From: Azolla caroliniana
Lineage: Eukaryota; Plantae; Polypodiophyta
Assembly: GCA_043228905.1 (NCBI GenBank)
Contig: JBHGNT010000007.1
Coordinates: forward strand, 12,710,001-12,774,000
DNA length: 64,000 bases
Direction: 5' to 3'
Part shown: positions 1-10,570 of the stretch, piece by piece
Layout: each line of letters opens with the position of its first letter
Position numbering within the stretch: position 1 is the stretch's first letter
Program-made: the position numbers and the translations under genes
Notes under the pieces: model-generated
Told to the model about the DNA's origin: nothing
Database searches by the model: none
The model's input: only the letters and a program-made list of their open reading frames with translations

Positions 1-693
1 GGGGGGAGAACGAATTGCGAAACCCTTACAGACCGGTTACGGTTTTAGAAGGGGCCGGTAGGGGCAAACACGGGGGAGGTGTGTCGGGTCTGAAAGCCAC
101 ACCTAGGACGGAACAAGAGTCTCGCAAGTGGCCATCGAGGGCCAGATCGAAGCGTGACTACGGGATGGTGTTCGGTACAGGCGGTGCCTGAAACGAGGGG
201 ACGGGTGCATAATGTATGTACTACACAGGGTCGGAGTCAAGGGATGACAAGACAGTCCGGAGGAGGATCCTCCACACCTGCTTCGTAGATCTCGGCCAGA
301 CAATCAGAATAACGAAGACTGACACAACAAGCCCGGGATGACGAGCTGGTGGGGGCGAGGGGACGACGGCAAGCGGAAGACTCAGGACCTGTTGCAGCAG
401 CGCAAGACGGAAAGGCTCAAGCGGGCCACTACGAGCGTTCCTCGAGCGGAGGACATCGGGCATACGGATAAGAGCAGAGCATGAATACGGCCGAACAAGG
501 GCCAACGGAAGTACGCATACTATGGAGATCGCGGCGAAGGACCCATCAATGGGTCAAACGAGCCTACGGGGAGGTAAGCATGAAGGAAGAACCGAAGCCG
601 ACGGTTAAAACCGGCAGCAAGCCGGGATGCGGATTACAGAAGACTGTTTCCTCACCGGCCGAAATCTCTCATCCTTCACCGGATTTGGCACGT

Positions 694-1243
694 TGTCGTG
701 AAGAATTTCGGCTAGAGGCGGAAACCGGGAAACATTGGCTACCTCGGCGGGGTGCAGCGTGTGTACGCACCCATGTATATTTAGTGTGAATAACGAGGGG
801 CCTTTATGGCGCCGAAGAGTAGTCAAGTCGGGACAGACGATCCCATGTAAGTCGGGATTTGTCCCACATTGTAACGCATCCCTTTCCTTGTTCTATAAAA
901 GGAAGGGAACGCCCTTTGTAAAAGGGTTGCCCATTTTGCATTAGAGGGTATACCTTTAGGTTTAGAGTTAGTTTCTTCTTCTTCTTCTTCTCCTTCGTGT
1001 TCGCTTAGGGTTTGCTTCAGCTCGTCTCCTGCGCAAGACCCCTCTCGGCGCGACGAGCCCGTGAGCTCCCCGACGGCGGCTTGGCAGCTGACGACTACTG
1101 TAACCTGCCTTGGAACGGCTCGAAGCCGGGAATGTATTCTTTTTACATACATATATACGTCTGCGTCTGTCTGTGTATATTCGCGTCTTCGTTGGTGTCG
1201 GGTGCTTCCCCTTTCTTGTACTTAAGGGTGTGATTCGGGTTGG

Positions 1244-1287
<44 letters not shown>

Positions 1288-1310
1288 AGTGTGCGTGAGT
1301 CGGTGTTAAG

Positions 1311-1364
<54 letters not shown>

Positions 1365-1493
1365 TTGGTTGCTTCCAGTGTGCTTCTGGGATGCCCTGGA
1401 AACGGTGAAGCACGACTTCCTACGCTCCATCACTCCCTAGTCCAAGACCCCGTGGTCCCGCCTTTCTCCACGCACGCGCGTAACAATGCGACA
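694..1493 (+). mobile_element. Solo LTR (800 bp) of the same Gypsy group, related to LTR 1529-2314
   Basis: TGTCGTG...TGCGACA termini, perfect 4-bp TSD ACGT (690-693 / 1494-1497), TATA-like CTATAAAA near 893, and long similarity to 1529-2314. Confidence 0.85.
1247..1361. repeat. (GT)n and (CT)n microsatellites inside the solo LTR
   Basis: Read directly: (GT)n about 1247-1282 and (CT)n about 1315-1361. The sister LTR has shorter versions. Confidence 0.95.
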
Positions 1494-2314
1494 ACGTACC
1501 GGTGGACGTGCGGTTAGGTGGGGGCGGATGTCGTGGAGAATTTCGGCCAGAGACGGAAACCGGGAAATATTGGCTAAATCGGCGGGGTGCACCGTGTGCA
1601 CCCACCCTCGTGTAATTGTGTGAATAGTAGGAGTTAAGTCGGGACGAAGAATCCCATGTAAATCAGGATTTATCCCACATTGTAACGTATCCCTCTCCTT
1701 ATTCTATAAAAGGAAGGGATGGTCCCTTGTAGAGGGGTTGCCCATTTTGTATTAGCAGGGTATACCGTTAGACGAAGAGACGTTCTCTCTTCCTCTTTCT
1801 CTCTTTCCTTTCTTGCTCTCCTCTACTTCTTCTTCGTTGTTCTGCGCATCGAGCACTGGCGTCCAGCGTTTCGGTTTTCTGTCTTGTACTCTATGCAAGC
1901 CCCGCTCGGCACGACAAGCTCGAGAGCTCCCCGACCGGCGGCTTGGCAGTAGACAACAGTTATATCCTACGCGACCTAGGCCCGGCTCGAAGTCGACGTT
2001 CAATCTCGTTGTCTTGTAAATACATATACATTTGGTCGTGCATATTCGAGTCTCTGTTGGTGTGCGTGTGTGTGTCTTTGTGTTTCTTTCTCGTTTCTGT
2101 ACATAAGGCGTGAGTAGGGTCGGCGTGCTGTGTGCGTGTGTGCGAGAGTCAATGTTGCGTGCCTGCTCTCTCTCTCTCTCTCCCTTCGGTTGCTTCCGGT
2201 GTGCTTCTAGGATGCCCCGGAAACGGTGAAGCACGACCTCCTACGCCCATCACTCCCTAGTCCAAGACCCCCGTGGTTCCGCCTTTCTCCATGCACGCGC
2301 GAAACTTAGCGACA

Positions 2315-5300
2315 CCGTGAAGGCTTCGGCAAATTCGTCCACGTTGGACAAATTCCAACATTTCGGATCATCACCTTGTTGACGGGTTGGAGATCTTGAA
2401 TAAAGCATAAGGACCCGTTCTTCTTCGGCACCATAAACCATCTATTGGAGTAGGGAGCATTGGACTGCTCAAGAATTCCCATCCTAACCTTTTCCTTTAG
2501 AAGCTCAATCAACTTCAGAATGTGAGCTCTTGGAACCGGTATCGGCTAGAAGTTCCAAGGTACATGCGGCACCGTAAATATCACCATCAGCTCTATCATC
2601 TTCAGATCGGCACATCCGATTTCTTGTGGAGAGAAGGCGAAGGCTTTCCCATGTCTCTCAAGCATCATCTGAAACCTTTCTTCTTCTTCGGGGAGAAGGA
2701 AGTCATCCTTCCCAACTTGGAGTTTCCCTCTTGATTCGTCGGTGAAGGTATGGCCTATCCCTTTTGGGTCTCTGAGACTTGGATCCTTGGTAACTTCTTT
2801 CATCCTTTGCCAACTATCCTCAGGTAATGGAATAGCTACTAGCTTGACCTTCTTAACTACTGATTTATATTTTGTGTTTACTTTGACCAACTCCTCCATG
2901 ACCCCTCATCGGCATTCGTCAATGGCGGTATACATGTTGATGGAGTTGACTACAATCGTATGTTGCTCATGAGGGCTCAAGTCCATGATATTCTCTATTT
3001 CTCCGATTGTATCGTTAAATGAGGCTTCCTCCATGACCCATGATATGTTGTCTTCTTCTTCTAATATTCCTTGTTCTTTTAGCCAATGTTCAAAGTTTTG
3101 AACTTGATGCTTCTCTCTCTCATTGAGTGTAGTCATCCCACATGCACCATTAGGTGCTAAATATAGTTTTCCTTCTTGCTTCTTTCTTCTTTTCGGGGAC
3201 TTACTTTTTCTCAGACTATCTTTGCCCCATTCTTCAATAGTCCGCGTTAAAAATCTGAGGCCTCATCTCTAAGGCTATCTCGGTTCCTCTCATGATTCCC
3301 TCGCACTGTCAAGAATTGAACCAACTTTTGACCATCAAGACTCTTCACCCGAGCGAATGTTGCTCTACTATCGAACACCTTAGTCTCCATCCTTGATGAT
3401 GTTATGTAGGGTTGCCCAAGAATCACCGAATGGGAAACCGAATCTTGCACAAAAAGTGTTGGTCGATCTCTACATCCCCGATTGTGACTTGAATGTTGGG
3501 ACATGCTCCATAAAGATCTTCCATTGCCTTCGTCGCCGCACGAATCTTCCATCCATGGTTTGTGTTGATAGACCATCTTCCCTTCTTGTAGAAATCCGTC
3601 GACATGAGGTTAATCTCTGATCCGTGGTCTATAAGAACCACAACTATCTCTTTCTTCTCTCCAATCTTCACCGGAGTTTCCGTTGTCACTCTCGCCCAAT
3701 GGAGTCGTGTATAATGACTGTCCACTAGATCTTCTCCTTTCTCTTCCGTTCTTGCCATAGTTATGGCATTGGTTGTCACCTTTGTCGAAATTCCATCTTC
3801 CTCATCTACTCGTTGTTACGTTTGATAAGATCGACGATGGTCTCGTGGAACTCCTTTGCAATTCCAAGTAGTTCTCTCAATGTAAGGTCAATATCCGAGC
3901 ACTCTTTCTTCAAGAACCTTTCTTAAGTTAGTTTTTTTTTCAATATCCGACCTTATTTGTATGTTGGTGTCGATCTATCCTTCCCCTTCTTGGCATTCTC
4001 TTCAATGGGTTGAGTTGGTTCCTCGGCTCTCTTGTTTGAGCTTCCATCTTCTTGACGTGTGGTCTTGATCATCCCTTCCTTCTTCTTAAATTTTCTTGTG
4101 TCATGTTTCTTAGAAGGGCCTTCATCTAGATCAATCCTCTTCCGCTTCTCATCCACAAACACTTCGTGGGTTTCGCATATGACCTCTGCAGAGATCGTGT
4201 TGTTATCAACCGGATCCGCCCACCCGGTAAGGTCTCGTACATGAAGGTTGGCTAGCTTTGCATCACCCGAATTAATCTTCTCGTTTTTTTCATATTCGAG
4301 GACGGTCGGTCAAAACCCCATTCCCGGTTTAATCATTCTAAGCTTCTCCTTCCCGATTCTTATACCGGCGGATGCAACATAGTGTATAGCTTCAACATGG
4401 CTCGCATCGGCCTCATCTATGATTTTCTTTAGGCCCCCCCTACCGAAATTCACTTGCAAGGGCTTTCAAGTCTCACTTGAGTGTATAATGTTGCCAACCA
4501 TGTAGACGAGGTTTTGTCGAATTGCCTCTTGAAGGCTAGCACAATCTTTCCTTGCATGATCAACATTATCACACCATACACATCTATATGGGTCTTTCCC
4601 CTTTGGCCCTCTGCAACTCATATTAGCTAATGAAACCGCTTCGAATTTTCGTGCCCACTCTTCAATGACAAAGTTCTCCATCGCTCTTTCAATCGGCTTG
4701 CTTTGCTTTGTCATCTCAGTTGCTATTGGAGCCTTCCTTCTTTGGACTACCGGGCCCACCATGTCGGAATCATCTAGCCATCGACGACGTTTGTCAAATC
4801 AATCACATGCTCTTCTTACCGCAACCCAATCCGTTATGAGACCATTGGGTTGTGCTTCGTCCTCTAATAGACTACCTAGTTCTCGTCTATCTTTTGCATC
4901 CACTACCTTTAAGAAGTACAAAACTTTATCTCCTTCGAGAAGTGTTTGGTCGGTTCTCGAGAGACGGTTGTACATTTGGTCAAATTCGGTGTACACTCCC
5001 GATGTGTTCATGTTCTTCCCCTTCTTCTCGATCCACTTCATCAACGTATGACGAGTCATCCTCGACGCATCTTCAAGCATATATTCAGCCAAAAGTGCCC
5101 TTTCAAATCCCACCCATGTTGTTTGGGCAGCTTGAATCTCCCTTATACGGCCTTGTAACCCAATAGTTACAAAATGCTTGAAGCTTGATATTTGCTTCTC
5201 TTCAATGACATCACGTTGTTGCATCTCCGTCTTATATGTAGCGACAAAATCCGTAATGTTTCTTCCACCAAATTGGCCCACTATCTCAACCTTTTGGTCG

Positions 5301-5407
5301 ATGGCCTTTTCTAAGCTTGCATCATTATCTCGAGCTCTCATCATATGCTCAACAATAGCCACCAACTTTGCCACTTCATCAGCTTGGGTGTTTGACGAAG
5401 AAGCCAT
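2315..5407 (-). pseudogene. gag-protease-pol (5' part) of G1, broken by stops and frameshifts
   Basis: ORFs 4799-5407, 4466-4762, 3953-4162, 3423-3779, 3247-3576, 2906-3136, 2546-2899 and 2306-2512 are collinear with the intact 61686-63725 ORF and the 36709-38109 ORF. Confidence 0.9.
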
Positions 5408-5451
5408 CTTCTAATCTTCTATTTCAAGCACTTGATCCTTCCTACCACCTC

Positions 5452-5469
5452 TTCACGTCGGGTTCACCA
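5452..5469 (-). promoter_or_regulatory. Primer-binding site complementary to the 3' end of tRNA-Trp
   Basis: Minus strand reads TGGTGAACCCGACGTGAA, the complement of ...TTCACGTCGGGTTCACCA (plant cytosolic tRNA-Trp 3' end, recalled from memory). It lies 8 nt from the LTR end. Confidence 0.8.
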
Positions 5470-5559
5470 CTTGATTATGTTGTGAAACTCCATCACTATG
5501 TGCAGATCGTGAGGTGGAACCGCCGAGGTTATGGACAGGAAGGAAATAGGGCTTACACG

Positions 5560-6735
5560 CACCACACAAGGAAGGCTTACACAAACAAGGCACGAGTATT
5601 CGAACATGTTTGTGAAAAGGAGAGGTGCATGGGCAAGCCCGAATCAACCCCTAATCACAAGGCGAACGAAGGAACGTGAGGAAGGCTTACACACGAACAC
5701 ACAAGGAAAAGGCTTACTTACACACACAAGAGACAGAGTTTCGAATGCCTTTGTGAAAAGAGAGGTGTATGGGCAAGTCTGAACGCTCCCTTGTTACAAA
5801 ACACGCGAATACACAAGCAAGGTTTATACACGGGAGTCACAATTTCGAACGCCTTTGTGAAAGGAGAGGTGCATCCCTTGCCACAAGTCGCACAAACACA
5901 CAAGCAAGGTTTACACATGGGAGAAACAATTTCGAACGCCTTTGTGAAAGGAGAGGTGCATGGGCAAGCCCAAACGCTCCCTTGCCACAAGTCGCACGAA
6001 AACACAAGCAAGGTTTACACATGGGAGAAACAATTTCGAATGCCTTTGTGAAAGGAGAGGTGCATGGGCAAGCCCGAACGCTCACTTGCCACAAGTCGCA
6101 CGAACACACAAGCAAGGTTTACACATGGGAGAAAAAATTTCGAACGTCTTTGTGAAAGGAGAGGTGCATGGGCAAACCCAAACGCTCCCTTGCCACAAGT
6201 CGCACGAAAACACAAGCAAGGTTTACACATGGGAGAAACAATTTCGAATGCCTTTGTGAAAGGAGAGGTGCATGGGCAAGCCCGAACGCTCACTTGCCAC
6301 AAGTCACACGAACACACAAGCAAGGTTTACACACGGGAGAAACAATTTCGAACGCCTTTGTGAAAGGAGAGGTGCATGGGCAAGCCCGAACCCTCCCTTG
6401 CCACAAGTCGCACGAACACACAAGCAAGATTTACACTAACACGCAAGACACATAAGTTTGAACGCCTTTGTGAAAGGAGAGGTGCATGGGCAAGCCCGAA
6501 TGCTCCCTTGCCACAAGTCGCACGAACACACAAGCAAGGTTTACACATGGGAGACGCAATTTCGAATGCCTTTGTGAAAGGAGAGGTGCATGGGTAAGCC
6601 CGAACACTTCCTTACCACAAGTCGCACGATCACACAAGCAAGATTTACACTAACACGCAAGACACATAAGTTTGAATGCCTTTGTCAAAAGAGAGGTGCA
6701 TGGGCAAGCCCGAAACGCTCCCTTGTCACAAGACA
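5560..6735. repeat. Tandem array of about 11 copies of a ~104-bp unit within the G1 LTR
   Basis: GCCTTTGTGAAAGGAGAGGTGCATGGGCAAGCCC... recurs at 104-bp spacing (ORF starts 5960, 6064, 6168, 6376), with ~110-bp and ~88-bp variant units. Confidence 0.95.
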
Positions 6736-7583
6736 CATAAGCAAATAAGCACAAACGATGATAACATATAAGACATGTAGATTCGAACAAACAAGTAAGC
6801 ACAAATGACGATAACAAATAAGCACAATCAAGATTTACACATAAGACAAGTAGATGAAAGAAAACATTAGTTTATATCAATATAAAAGATTCTTTTATAA
6901 TATAAGAACCATGTTACAATGGGTTGGATGCGAATATGAAGGATTGTTTATAAATGAAGGAAAGAAGAGAGTGGAGTATAGAAGGAGTTTCTTTGTTGAT
7001 GATTCCTCTCGATGTTGTTGATCCTTCTTCTTCCACTTTCTAATTGATTAGAGCGTTCGCGTTCCTTCTCCCTCCCCCCCCTTCTTCACTAGAATAGGCT
7101 CTTATTTATAGGTTTAGGATTGCTTGCCTTTTTCCCCTAAAAAAAAGCTTGTCTATATGAGTCGACTTTTCTTTTCCTCACTATTTCTGTTTTCTAGCCC
7201 CAAATTTCACATACAAGATATTCTTGGAAAGCTCTTTGGGTTAGCTTTCTTATGCATCTTTTCTTTTCTAATTTGGACATCTGAAGAGGAAATTATGAGC
7301 TTGTTTCTCTACTGTGCTCCTCATATCCACGCGTGCTTTTTTTTTCTCTCCATCTTTTTCTCTACTTTTGTCTACTTTTGAAAACCGTCTCTAACTTAAT
7401 ATTCATCATTATTTATTGTAAGGCTCAATACTTTGACCATTTATTTATAAGGAATTATCTTTGGAAAATGAAAAAGTATTTTTTCTACCAATAAAGTTGA
7501 CTTCACAATACTAGTTTATTTGAACTATTGTTTTACTTCTTTTTTAGGGTGGTTTCACAGTATGTGTTAGAAACATCACGACA

Positions 7584-9201
7584 ACGCATACGCTTCCGCG
7601 CACGTATTCTTTTACACTCATGTTGTATGTTGATGACATGCTGATTGTTGGATAGGAACCGAAGAAAATCAGAAGCTTGAAGAAGTAGGCCATTCTTGAT
7701 GAAGGATATGGGTCCGGCAAAGCAAATCTTGGGAATGCACATTGCCCAGGACCAGACAAAGAAGCTATTATGGTTGTGACAGGAGAAATACGTGACAAAG
7801 GTGCTCCAGAGATTCAACATGCAAGACGGGAAACCGGTCGGCTCGACATAGCCGACAAAATGCAAGTTATCCGGAAGTCAGTGTCCGAAATTGAAAGTGG
7901 AAAAAGCTGAGATGAATAAGATCGTGTATGCCTCGGTAGTCGGAAGCTTGATGTACGCAATGGTGTGTACAAGGTCAAACATTGGATACGCAATCGAGTG
8001 GTCAACCGATATATAAGCAATCCCGAAAAAGAGCATTGGACAGCGGTGAAGTGGCCACTTCGGTACTTGAAAGGTACCTTGAATGTGTGTGTTCGATTTG
8101 GCTCAGGTAAACCCCTATTAGAAGGTTATATTGATTCAAACATGGAGGCCGATGTGCATACCAACCGATCCATGTCTGGATACGTGATGATTTATGCACG
8201 GGGAGCCGTCTCGTGGCAGTCGAGGTTGCAGAAGGTCGTGGCATTGTCAACCACGGAAGCCGAGTATATGGCCACAACAGAAGCCGGCAAGGAAATCATA
8301 TGGATGAAGGAGTTTATTAGTGAGCTGGGAATTCGGCAAGAAGAATTCTGACTCCACTACAACAATCAAAGTGCCATCCACCTTGCGAAGAATGCCTCCT
8401 ACCACTCAAGGACCAAGCACATCTAGAGGAGATATCATTAGCTCCAAGAGCGAGTAGAAGAAAAGGAGTTTGCACTAATGAAGATCCACACGGCCGAAAA
8501 TGGATCGGACATGCTGACGAAAGTGTTGTCAGTAGAGAAGTTGAACGAGTGCCGACAGAGGTTCAAATTGGTGAAGTACCCCATGCTTGAGTGAAGGGGG
8601 AGTTTGTTGGATAGCAGGTCCCTCCGGATGGGAAGTGGAGCTCGAATGGAGGAAACGGGGAGAACCGATTCCCATGGAGTCAATGAGTATTTCAGCCGAG
8701 GACGATAGGTGGAGGCGGAAATCGAAAATCGAAAATCGAAGGATCGATTTTATGACCGATTCGGGAGACTATATTTGTAAATAGTCTAAATGTGCCCCTT
8801 GTGGGCTATGTATGTAAATAACTAGGGCAAACTTTATGGGCGTTGATCATTATTGTTATATAGTTAAAGAAGGTTGTTGCCTCTATAACTTGTAGGAGAG
8901 TGTGTGTGTGTGTGTAAGAGTGTGAGTAACTCTGCAACCGTTGATCTGACGAAGGAGGACTCATAAGTCGTTGCTTTGAGATTCTCACTGTTGTATTTCC
9001 TCTCGATTATAGTGATTCTGTTTCTCGGGGTTTGTGGACCCCCGTGGTTTTTCCCCTTCGGGTTTTCCACATAAAAGATCTTGTGTCTTTGTACTTGTCT
9101 TTTCTGCCTTCTTGTTTTTTCGGTCTGTGCACTATCTATCTCAATTCTTTGCACCCGAACATTCGAAGTACAACCGGTTGTGGCCAATTACGATCCTAAC
9201 A
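7584..9201 (+). mobile_element. 3' part of degenerate Ty1/Copia element 'A' (RT, RNase H, PPT, 3' LTR 8605-9201)
   Basis: LMLYVDDMLIVG near 7615, SWQSRLQKVVALSTTEAEY, HSRTKHI, PPT GAAGGGGGAG at 8593-8602, and LTR TGTTGG...CCTAACA. Confidence 0.85.
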
Positions 9202-9669
9202 CAATATTCTCGTTACAAGGAAGCATAAAGAAGTATAAAGGAAAAAGAATTGGATGATGTCTCTCATACTAGTAATTTGGGGATGCACGGAACAATTTTA
9301 AGGGACAAAAGGATGAGGTCACAAAAGATTTGGGGAAGATAGTATGTGCAATTGTGCTCGATCTCTCATAAATATGAACCCACTCAAATATAGACCAAAT
9401 ACATTTCAATCAACACCTAATTGACCCAATACGTGTAGGTGTAAGCCTAACTAATGACATAGCCTTGAAGGATATGAAGGCCTACTTTCATAAAGGAAGA
9501 GAGTCAAATCAATGTAGAAAAACTCTATTGTTTTTTATGAATTTCAAAAAACTTTTCATACATTAATTATAAGAACATATGACAAAACTTGGTATATACA
9601 AACCAATATCAAAATTATCAAATTTGTAGTAACATGTCTTATGGAAAAGTAGCAAACCGCAACTGTTTT

Positions 9670-10150
9670 GGTTTGGTTAAGTTCAAGAGTCTGACACACA
9701 AAACGTTTAAAGATGTTTAAACTTAAACCAAATCAATAAAAATTGTTTAAATAGAAAATGTTCTAATTGAACGGTAATAGGAATTTCCAAGCTCAAACCA
9801 AATGGTTCTCAAAATTTACAAACGCGATTCAATTTCGGTTTCAATGTAAACCAAATGGTTCAGTTAAGTTCAATAGTCTAACACTCAAAACGTTTAAAGA
9901 TTTTTAAACTTAAACCAAATCAAACAAAAAATTGTTTAAATAGAAAATGCTCAAACTGAACTGTAATAGGAATTTCCAAGCTCAAACCAAATGATTCTAG
10001 AAATTTACAAACGTGGTTCAATTTCAGTTTCGATGTAAACCAAATGGTTCAGTTAAGTTCAAGAGTCTGACACTCAAAACATTTAAAGATTTTTAAACTT
10101 AAACCAAATCAAACAAAAAATTGTTTAAATAGAAAATATTCAAATGGTTT
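9670..10150. repeat. AT-rich tandem repeat, ~188-bp unit, about 2.6 copies
   Basis: GTTAAGTTCAA(G/T)AGTCT(G/A)ACAC.CAAAAC.TTTAAAGAT recurs near 9676, 9863 and 10052. Confidence 0.85.
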
Positions 10151-10570
10151 CTCTCATCCCCTTTATTTGGCATATGCATAGATCACTTTGAAAGAAGGGT
10201 TCATCATGCAAATGGCATAAAGCTAGCAATTCATAGAACCAACCATGGGTAGATAATTGATTATATTATTTGCCTATGCAACTAATGTGCTCGTCTTCTC
10301 GCAAGATGACTATAAAATTCTTTGGCATCTACCGCACGTCATTGAAGCTATTTGCAAAGATAGCAATCTATTTATAAATGGAGGGAAAGTGACATGTATA
10401 TAGTAGTAAAAACATTTCACACTTTGATACAATGTTTTGTTTTTTACTACATTTCAGTTTGCTTGCCACATATTGCCAACATGATCCTATCCCTCCACAC
10501 ATCTCTCTTACAATTACAATGTGTATTCTCAATTGCAACAATTGATGGTCTAATTCTTGGGAATTAGGAG
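10150..10570 (+). mobile_element. Highly degraded LINE RT fragment (tentative)
   Basis: Translations LSSPLFGICIDHFE and ILFAYATNVLVFS resemble the LSPTLFGIYIDE and LLYADDIVLLS motifs of the LINE at 15407-18499. Confidence 0.35.

Larger units (their letters stand above)
1..2314 (+). mobile_element. 3' part of Ty3/Gypsy-group LTR element 'G0' (3' internal region, PPT, 3' LTR 1529-2314), carrying a solo LTR and itself inserted into the RT of element G1
   Basis: LTR TGTCGTGG(1529)...AGCGACA(2314) is preceded by the PPT-like TAGGTGGGGGCGGA. The right flank is CCGT (2315-2318), directly followed by G1 RT sequence. The left end lies outside the window. Confidence 0.75.
2315..7583 (-). mobile_element. 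Degenerate Ty3/Gypsy element 'G1': 5' LTR 7583-5478, PBS, gag-protease, start of RT; interrupted at 2315 by G0
   Basis: Minus-strand LTR TGTCGTG(7583)...CACAACA(5478) and PBS 5469-5452. ORF fragments show gag, the zinc knuckle CVWCDNVDHARKDC, protease LIDHGSEIN and RT start SNAPYSNRWFMVPKKNGSL. Flank ACGC (7584-7587) lies in a Copia RT. Confidence 0.9.

Noticed and set aside
694-2314. Two adjacent LTRs read as a TRIM or tandem-LTR mini-element
   Set aside because: The ACGT TSD around 694-1493 and the restored pre-PPT motif show a solo LTR inserted into another element. There is no PBS between the LTRs.
5560-6735. Regular repeats resembling a CRISPR array, and the many repeated ORFs over them
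   Set aside because: The units are contiguous with no unique spacers, the context is a eukaryotic LTR, and there are no cas genes. The ORFs are by-products of the repeat.
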